The position numbers and the translations under genes were made by a program. Below, one piece after another: positions 1-5,580 of a stretch of DNA of 5,580 nt. The stretch spans positions 323,778 to 329,357 of the forward strand of contig VRVR01000021.1 in assembly GCA_009859145.1 (NCBI GenBank). The letters run 5' to 3'. The stretch comes from Andalucia godoyi And28 (lineage: Eukaryota; Protista; Jakobida). Position 1 is the first letter of the stretch. Each line of letters opens with the position of its first letter. The notes under the pieces were generated by a model. That model ran no database searches and was not told the origin of the DNA. It worked only from the letters and a program-made list of their open reading frames with translations.

Positions 1-526
1 GTTCCCACAAGCTCAAGGTCGTGAAGACTGGCCTCGGATCACACTGCGTAAACCGAGTTGTGAATCCCAAACGATATCGCATTATGAAGGGTGGATACGA
101 ACAATGTGGGCAGAAGCGACGAGCTCCAGTCATCATCGAGTTGCATGACGAAATGCATTGCGATGCTTTCATATCTACTGAATGTAAAGAAAAGTTAGCA
201 CGCTTCAAACCTACTACCAGACATTGAAAACAAAGACTAAAATACGTACCAGAACTGTTGCAAATACTTCGTCCAGCACCCCGGGTTGCTTTATTGTACT
301 AAAATTGTTAGTGTGCTGTGTTATGCTGTACGAGTGTAATAAAAACATAAAGCAATGACATACATCAGTCTGAGCCAATTCATCATTCCAGAGAAGTACC
401 AGTAAATGCAGTGAAGACTCCGAAAGCACAGCATGCTCCACCTTCGCAGACAGAAAGAGGAGAGCATTAGTTATTGAAGATCCAAGTCACAATATACATT
501 AGTAAACCGAACACATTCTTAATCAT
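1..526 (-). CDS. Partial spliced gene of unknown function (5' part; continues beyond the left edge)
   Basis: Joining exons 441-364, 298-250 and 177-2 gives one stop-free frame of ~101 codons: VEHAVLSESSLHLLVLLWNDELAQTD-YNKATRGAGRSICNSS-V-DMKASQCISSCNSMMTGARRFCPHCSYPPFIMRYRLGFTTRFTQCDPRPVFTTLSLWE. A possible start is ATG at 526 via exon 526-515. The start, first exon and reading frame are uncertain; another frame gives a 52-aa product ending at TAG 177-175. Confidence 0.5.
178..249 (-). other. Spliceosomal intron (72 nt) with tandem CAG/TAG acceptors
   Basis: On the minus strand: GTACGT donor (249-244), GCTAAC branch point (199-194), pyrimidine tract TTTTCTTT, CAG acceptor (180-178) immediately followed by TAG (177-175). 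Confidence 0.78.
299..363 (-). other. Spliceosomal intron (65 nt)
   Basis: On the minus strand: GTATGT donor (363-358), CACTAAC branch point (313-307), TTTTAG acceptor ending at 299; AT-rich interior. Confidence 0.8.
442..514 (-). other. Probable spliceosomal intron; donor position ambiguous (514 or 497)
   Basis: On the minus strand: ACTAAT branch-like site (471-466), long pyrimidine tract CTCTCCTCTTTCTGTCT, AAG acceptor ending at 442. Donor candidates are GTGTTC at 514 (keeps a long open frame) and GTATAT at 497 (closer to consensus). Confidence 0.55.
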
Positions 527-619
527 CTGGGTTCTTGCATGTTCGATGTTGTGAATGAACCTACTGCTGAATACCTCGGAAGAATTGCCTGTATCACCTA
601 TCGAATCTGCCCTCAACGA

Positions 620-978
620 AACAACGGAACGATAAGAAATTTGAAAAGAAAACGAGAAAAAAAGTTACAAGAAAAAATTTACCGGGAGAAAAAGAGAAAG
701 GGAAATTCTCAGCCCTCGGCTGGTTTTTGAAGATTTTCCAAAAATCCTAACGTTCTCATGATGCGCGGGAACTTGGCTTGAGTCCAATTTGAGTTCCCGA
801 GAATTCCCCGCTCAAGCACCATCCTCCTCCCCGCCATTTTTCCTCCCATTTTTGATTCTTTGATTTGGTTTTTTTTTAAACGTGTTTCATCGATTGTTTA
901 CTTATTCTAGCGTGTGTCAGGTTCACGCTGCCTTCCTCCTTCCTGAAAATTGTTGGAATTTCTGTTTTGTTTTTGATC
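620..978. promoter_or_regulatory. Putative bidirectional promoter region
   Basis: Lies between divergent genes. The + strand is A/purine-rich at ~620-705 (A7 at 657-663) and T/pyrimidine-rich at ~820-975 (T9 at 869-877), with a GC-richer palindromic core at ~760-835. Confidence 0.55.
700..817. repeat. Cluster of short nested inverted repeats
   Basis: CGGGAACT (766-773) / AGTTCCCG (792-799) is a perfect 8-bp IR enclosing TTGG/CCAA (773-776/784-787). Also GCTTGAG (776-782) / CTCAAGC (811-817), GGGAAATTCTC (700-710) ~ revcomp of GAGAATTCCC (799-808), CAGCC/GGCTG (710-722) and GATTTT/AAAATC (732-746). Confidence 0.7.
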
Positions 979-2985
979 ATGTCTGAAAGAGGAGCGCCAG
1001 ACATATGGCGAGTACTGCGAAGAATTGAAGAGTCAGTGGAGAGATTGGTTTCTAACTATTCGACAATTGACTCCCGGTTGGAACGACTTGAGCGCAAGGT
1101 TGTTGACGTGTATGACATTGTGGAGGAAAATTCGATTAGGAGAGACGGTTCGAACTTTCTGCTTCCCGTATCGACACCGTCCATCAACGCATATGATTAT
1201 GCACTCCCAGATGGCAACAGCGATCCCATCTCGTTGCCTGTACGGTCGAGTTTGTCCATATTTCCGAGCGTGTCGAAGTTATCACAACTTCAGAACGCGG
1301 ACTCGGAAGGAGTTGGTGTCGAAGCGCCTCCAGCGAAGGTTCCGCGTCCAGGTTCTTCTGTAGAAGCTCAAGATTTGTCTCAAGCCGATGATTCTGTAGC
1401 AGTCATTGCAGACCGCAAAACACCAATTGACGATGTTGCGTCTGCCGGTCAGAAGATTGTTGAAGCCCTTTACAAAAAGTTTCGCCCTTCTCCACTAGAC
1501 TGGAAGAATGAAGTCAAGGCATTCTTGGAAACAAATGTAGGGGCGCCCCCAAAATTATTCAAGGATCAGGTGATGGAACAAATGAGGCAGGCGTTCCCCG
1601 ACGAGTTCTCCAAGTTAGATTCGATTCTTGTTTTAGAGGAGATGACAATTCCACTGCCGAGCGGATCACAGCATGAGACGAAGACGTACATGAAGTTGTC
1701 TGCAATGCTTGCGGAGAAGATTCGAAACACTTTCAAGTATTATTCTCGGGATGCAGCGAAGGAAATTCGTCCGTTTCGAGAAATTGTGGAGGTGGTGAAA
1801 CCTGAGGAGTCTGAGTCTTTGAAGTCCAAGAACGCAAAGGTTCTCCGAGGACCTCAGTGGGATGCTATTGTGCTGACTGGTGAGATGATGCACGACGAGG
1901 TGACATTACGAATGATTCGCGAACGACCCCATGAACTGGGCTTCAGCATTGCAAATTCCATTATGCGCAAAACTGTGGATGTTCGCGAGCTCTTGTGTCT
2001 GTGGTCTATGATTCATAATGTGCTTGATCGTCCAGATTCTGAAGGGGATTGGGTTTCGGAAGCAAAGATGAAATTTGCGAAAGGTGTCAAGTCCGTAGAC
2101 AAGATCTTCTGTTGTCGCAATGCTATTGTGGCAGTGTTCTTAGCTTCGTTTCAACTGATCGGAATGAGCTTTGCGGATGTTAGATTGCTCTGCGCTCGGT
2201 CATGTCTTTTGCTCGTATTAAGAAGCATCTTTTCAGGTAGAGGATCCCGTGAGAATTGTGTGAAAGTCTTGCAAGCTGTATTTGCCAGTGAGCGAGAAAT
2301 GCTTTCGTTGTTAGGTTCCCCTTCAGAACCCGAAAAGATGCTGAAGTCCTACATTAGTTTTTTCAAAAAGGGTGCAATGTTGCGACCAGCCTCTCTGAAC
2401 ACTATTATTTTATGCGGTTTGCAATTATTGGCTGACATTCTGATCCAGCATTTGACCGATTTGAGTGAAGCACAGGCAAAGTCTGAAGGCCCGCATTCTT
2501 TGAAAAAGCGTGGAACGAACGAAACATCCTTAGTTGCAACGCCATCAGATGTCAGTAGGTGGACGGCGAAATACCGTTCCGCTTGTAAGGCTTTATCTTT
2601 TGTGCTACGGGGTAATGATGGTCTGATCGGTGCCACGGGTGTTCTCCATTCTCTATCGATAGAAAAAGCAGCCGCTTCTGGAGACGATGAAAATCTGATG
2701 ACCTACGCTGTGGGTGCTTCTTTATTCCGGTTTTCTCGACAGAATGTTTTCACGGATAAGCAGTATCCCGAGTGGGTCACGCAATCTATGGAAACAGGTC
2801 AGTTACTGATCATACTGATTTCTTTAAGTAAGGATGGGTTATTTTCTTTCATTTCCGACTGGATGCCACCTGGTGTCTCGTCGTCAAAAGACTTGCGAAG
2901 AACGATTTTTGGAGAAGCTTCTGCCAACGACGTTGATGATTTGAGCTTGTTTCCCTTGATGCGGCAATGGTTGATGTTGACCTAA
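979..2985 (+). CDS. Unknown 668-aa protein (N-terminal coiled coil, disordered linker, helical domains); candidate transposon accessory protein
   Basis: Long stop-free ORF; first ATG at 979 (the track starts at TTG 967), TAA at 2983-2985. Heptad repeat at I13-V52 (track numbering), P/S/D-rich linker, hydrophobic amphipathic helical C-terminal half. No family recognised. The accessory role is inferred only from its position. Confidence refers to coding status. Confidence 0.85.
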   Translation: MSERGAPDIWRVLRRIEESVERLVSNYSTIDSRLERLERKVVDVYDIVEENSIRRDGSNFLLPVSTPSINAYDYALPDGNSDPISLPVRSSLSIFPSVSKLSQLQNADSEGVGVEAPPAKVPRPGSSVEAQDLSQADDSVAVIADRKTPIDDVASAGQKIVEALYKKFRPSPLDWKNEVKAFLETNVGAPPKLFKDQVMEQMRQAFPDEFSKLDSILVLEEMTIPLPSGSQHETKTYMKLSAMLAEKIRNTFKYYSRDAAKEIRPFREIVEVVKPEESESLKSKNAKVLRGPQWDAIVLTGEMMHDEVTLRMIRERPHELGFSIANSIMRKTVDVRELLCLWSMIHNVLDRPDSEGDWVSEAKMKFAKGVKSVDKIFCCRNAIVAVFLASFQLIGMSFADVRLLCARSCLLLVLRSIFSGRGSRENCVKVLQAVFASEREMLSLLGSPSEPEKMLKSYISFFKKGAMLRPASLNTIILCGLQLLADILIQHLTDLSEAQAKSEGPHSLKKRGTNETSLVATPSDVSRWTAKYRSACKALSFVLRGNDGLIGATGVLHSLSIEKAAASGDDENLMTYAVGASLFRFSRQNVFTDKQYPEWVTQSMETGQLLIILISLSKDGLFSFISDWMPPGVSSSKDLRRTIFGEASANDVDDLSLFPLMRQWLMLT

Positions 2986-3000
2986 TCGCTAAACCCGATA

Positions 3001-5502
3001 TCATGTGACGTAATCGAATAAGACAAGGGTGTTTGGGTCTGTTCCGCGGACGATTTCCGCGGGACCGCATATTTTGTTCTGAGAAGATCCTGTGCTGTCT
3101 GCTGTGCACACAGTTTCCGTAGAGCTGATAAGGCGGGATCCCAGAAAGTGATCGTACGACGCTGTAATGATAAATGCAACGCCCTGACATGTGTTCCGAT
3201 CTGTCCATTTGTCAACTAACACCACAAACGCAGTGTCGTCGTGCTTCCGTTTGACGAGGAGATACTGCCCTGTCTCGTACAGAAGTTCATCAGTCAATGT
3301 ATCACAGGAATCATCAACATGATCGTGCAACTTGTCTCCGAACTGAAAAGCAGTCAGTAATGATCTTCTATGCAAATCCCGCATTGCGGTGGCAGTAACT
3401 GACCTCCTGTTGGAACGCTCAACAGCTTCCTTGACTTTCTTGATGACTCTTTCAAAACGGAACGTCATTGAGTGAGACAGGATACCAAGATACTCGAAAC
3501 AGTCCGCGAAGTGCTCAAACATGTGCAGAGTCGGCACGAAAAGGTTGTGACCCACAGACTCCACCATTTCCAGAAGACATCTGTGGATCTGTGCCCGAAA
3601 CTCGGAGAGAGCGCCATTCAAAACGTAAACCTTCTGCATGAGACATCTGATTAAACAGGAATGTGCACGCAATCCAACTCCTACCTTGGACCCCATCAAA
3701 CGGGAGTACTCCGACGGCGATAGCACATCCCTCAAAATGAGGGGCATCCTCTTCATGGTGTCCATCTTCATTCGGCCATTTGCGGCCCACTTCCATCCTT
3801 TCAAACTCGCGAATTTTGCACACCCAACGCTCTTGTCTCGCATCCGATGGAACGAATTTGAGAAAGCTATCCAGAACTCCTTTGCTTCTTGTCCCCTCGT
3901 AGCAACCCTATCCCTGAAGGATGCTACCAGTTCCTCTTCCACCTGTTCAAGGTGTCTTGGAACCACAACCTCCCCCTCCGCATGAAAGACGTCGACTCCG
4001 ATGGTCTGCAAGACTGATGGCGTGAGATGCCAGAGAGGCGAGAAGAAGTGGTACCCTTGAGAACTAATGCGTGTTCGTGCGAAATGTGTTGTCGAGTCAT
4101 CGTCGAGTAGGCGTACTAAGCTCAGTTCGGCCATTCCCAGCCGAGGGGGAAAATCCTCGAAGACGTCATCGCTCGAGTCTGCAGAAAACCTCTGATCGTA
4201 AGACGAACGCTCATTGATGAATGTGCACCTGCTACACATTCGCAGAGAGAGACCGATTGACTTCATGCCCGCGACTTCGTTTCGCGCCACCCCGTCTGCA
4301 GACGTTCCAAAATAAAGAGGCATGAAAACGAAAGCCATTCCAGCTCCCTTGTCGACGCGAATTACAGAATTGACGGATTCTCGAATGAGCCGCACAGCAT
4401 GTTCCGAAATGTCCAAGTTGAGAGGACGGTCTTGTATATCCTCGTTTCGATTCCTGGTGACCAAGATTACCGGGTCGTAAAGACATCCTCGGTGGTCATC
4501 GGGAATGCGTTCAAATCGATAGTTGATACAAGTTATCATGCAAGTACTGCAGTCTGATGTATTGCGACGGAAAATCGGCAAGCCGTCGAAAAAAAATTCC
4601 AGACTTACAAACACAGGCATGATGTCTAGGCCATGAAGACTATCGCTTACCAGCTTCGCACGAACGGCTGCAAGTGTGTCCCGAACACGATCCCTGTTTT
4701 CCCAAATGCTTTCGAAGAACCGAATACACTGCCATCTTTCGGTTATCACACCATCGCAATACCGGACAATATCGGCGAAGCACAGTGTGTCTTGACCATC
4801 GGTATCAGCATTTGCGCTCGAGACGCGCGGTGGACTGGTTGACAGTAGCGTCTTCTCGATTAAAGGTCTGGCTTGTACCGTAGTGCGCACAAGTTCCGAA
4901 CGGACTATGGGAGACGCAATCCAACGACGAACAGAAGCCGTTATGGAAGAATAAGCACCGTCACAACCAATAAAATTTTCTACGTCTACGAGATCACCTG
5001 CAACGGAATCAACACGACGCCACAATGAACGAAGATCCATCGGAATATTTTTGGCCTTTTCCGGAAGGTGTTTCTTCAAGAAGAGGGTGACAGACTTGTA
5101 GCCATCACGGGTAAGATGAAGGGAATGTACCAAGCCCACCAGATCGGAGAACAACTCACCACCGAAGGCACTGCGGGACATTCGAGCGTGCAATCCGGTG
5201 TCGTCATCGGCATAGATGTTTGCACCTGCAGGAAACACAAAGAAGTCACTTGGGAGTTCGAGAAAATCTGGACGACGTATGTCGGGAAATTCAGAATCGA
5301 TCCTCTCGTTCCCATTGTCATTCGGAGAAAACAGTCTCTCCTCCTCCTCTTCGGAGTAAGACCCTGTATCCAAAACACCATCGTCTGATTCTGGTGAACT
5401 ATCATCAGGAAACGACAAGTCATTCATCGCAAAATCAACATCGTCATTCAACGAAGACGATGACGAAGAAGAAAAGCTCACTGCTAACCTTCGCCGTTTC
5501 AT
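3001..5502 (-). CDS. CMC-superfamily (CACTA/EnSpm/Plavaka-like) DDE transposase, ~833 aa, apparently intact
   Basis: Uninterrupted ORF; residue numbers follow the 836-aa ORF track. Motifs occur in the order known for CMC transposases: FFFDGLPIFRR (D309, codon 4585-4587), SADGVARNEVAGMK (D406, 4294-4296), MCSRC (C426/C429, 4225-4236), VDVFH (D507/H510, 3982-3993), PTLHMFEHF (H663/H667, 3511-3525), MTFRFERVIKKVK (E687, 3451-3453; compare plant CACTA WMYPFER..LK). The N-terminus has MKRRR followed by an S/D/E-rich tract. The first ATG is at 5502, but the frame stays open to the window edge. Family assignment is by motif recognition, not a database search. Confidence 0.9.
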   Translation of the reverse strand: MKRRRLAVSFSSSSSSSLNDDVDFAMNDLSFPDDSSPESDDGVLDTGSYSEEEEERLFSPNDNGNERIDSEFPDIRRPDFLELPSDFFVFPAGANIYADDDTGLHARMSRSAFGGELFSDLVGLVHSLHLTRDGYKSVTLFLKKHLPEKAKNIPMDLRSLWRRVDSVAGDLVDVENFIGCDGAYSSITASVRRWIASPIVRSELVRTTVQARPLIEKTLLSTSPPRVSSANADTDGQDTLCFADIVRYCDGVITERWQCIRFFESIWENRDRVRDTLAAVRAKLVSDSLHGLDIMPVFVSLEFFFDGLPIFRRNTSDCSTCMITCINYRFERIPDDHRGCLYDPVILVTRNRNEDIQDRPLNLDISEHAVRLIRESVNSVIRVDKGAGMAFVFMPLYFGTSADGVARNEVAGMKSIGLSLRMCSRCTFINERSSYDQRFSADSSDDVFEDFPPRLGMAELSLVRLLDDDSTTHFARTRISSQGYHFFSPLWHLTPSVLQTIGVDVFHAEGEVVVPRHLEQVEEELVASFRDRVATRGQEAKEFWIAFSNSFHRMRDKSVGCAKFASLKGWKWAANGRMKMDTMKRMPLILRDVLSPSEYSRLMGSKVGVGLRAHSCLIRCLMQKVYVLNGALSEFRAQIHRCLLEMVESVGHNLFVPTLHMFEHFADCFEYLGILSHSMTFRFERVIKKVKEAVERSNRRSVTATAMRDLHRRSLLTAFQFGDKLHDHVDDSCDTLTDELLYETGQYLLVKRKHDDTAFVVLVDKWTDRNTCQGVAFIITASYDHFLGSRLISSTETVCTADSTGSSQNKICGPAEIVRGTDPNTLVLFDYVT

Positions 5503-5580
5503 TCTCAACACATCTTCACACCAGTGCTCCGCAAAAACATTTGGGTTCCGAAAAATGCCGCGGCAACCAGCGCGACCACA

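Larger units (their letters stand above)
700..5580. mobile_element. Putative two-gene convergent CMC-type DNA transposon, ends undefined and right end probably outside the window
   Basis: Contains an intact CMC-type transposase and a tightly packed, intronless convergent partner ORF, next to an intron-containing gene. No TIR or TSD was found, so the boundaries are approximate and inclusion of the 668-aa ORF is inference. Confidence 0.55.

Noticed and set aside
21-227. 68-aa + strand ORF (open from the window start)
   Set aside because: It is antisense to the inferred spliced exon and an intron with strong minus-strand splice signals, and has no recognisable motif. It cannot be fully excluded.
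214-441. 75-aa minus-strand ORF
   Set aside because: It reads through the 299-363 intron and into the next one. It is better explained as exon fragments of the spliced gene.
539-730. 63-aa Lys/Arg-rich ORF
   Set aside because: The basic composition simply reflects the A/G-rich promoter-like tract.
3042-3062. Direct repeat TTCCGCGG (3042-3049, 3055-3062) near the gene junction
   Set aside because: Only two 8-bp copies inside coding sequence; compatible with chance.
1025-3215. Short alternative-frame and antisense ORFs overlapping the 668-aa ORF and the junction (1025-1363, 1666-1893, 2349-2636, 2849-3208, 2982-3215)
   Set aside because: 75-119 aa, nested in long coding regions and without motifs; expected by chance at this base composition.
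3472-5423. Short ORFs nested in or antisense to the transposase
   Set aside because: Shadow ORFs with no independent support.
5335-5472. Trinucleotide-like runs (CTC/TTC, GAC/GAA)
   Set aside because: They encode the poly-Glu and poly-Ser tracts of the acidic transposase N-terminus and are not independent microsatellites.
42-5526. CACTG at 42-46 and CAGTG at 5522-5526 as possible CACTA-type termini
   Set aside because: The match ends after 5 bp (CACTGCGTAA vs CACTGGTGTG). The flanks TCA and CTC do not form a TSD. The right site is only 24 bp from the transposase ATG, and the left site lies in a probable exon.
1-5580. Prokaryotic IS, CRISPR array, rRNA/tRNA, retroelement or RNA-guided nuclease (TnpB/Fanzor) interpretation
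   Set aside because: No regularly spaced repeats, tRNA or rRNA pattern, RT motif or RuvC motif set was seen by eye. The splice signals and CMC motifs point to a eukaryotic DNA transposon.

Overview
This looks like eukaryotic nuclear DNA, probably from a compact microbial-eukaryote genome; the taxon cannot be assigned from the sequence. Two long, intact, apparently intronless ORFs are packed tail-to-tail with 15 bp between their stop codons. The minus-strand ORF (3001-5502, ~833 aa) has the ordered motif set of a CMC-superfamily (CACTA/EnSpm-Mirage-Chapaev, Plavaka-like) DDE transposase: D...D...CxxC...DxxH...HxxxH...E. The plus-strand ORF (979-2985, 668 aa) is a protein I do not recognise, with a clean N-terminal heptad coiled coil, a disordered linker and helical domains. 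It is a candidate transposase partner in a convergent two-gene element. To its left is a strand-asymmetric, palindrome-rich region (~620-975) resembling a bidirectional promoter. Beyond that is a divergent minus-strand spliced gene with two clear and one probable short spliceosomal intron, running off the left edge. No terminal inverted repeats or target-site duplication can be shown inside the window, so an active element and a domesticated locus cannot be distinguished.
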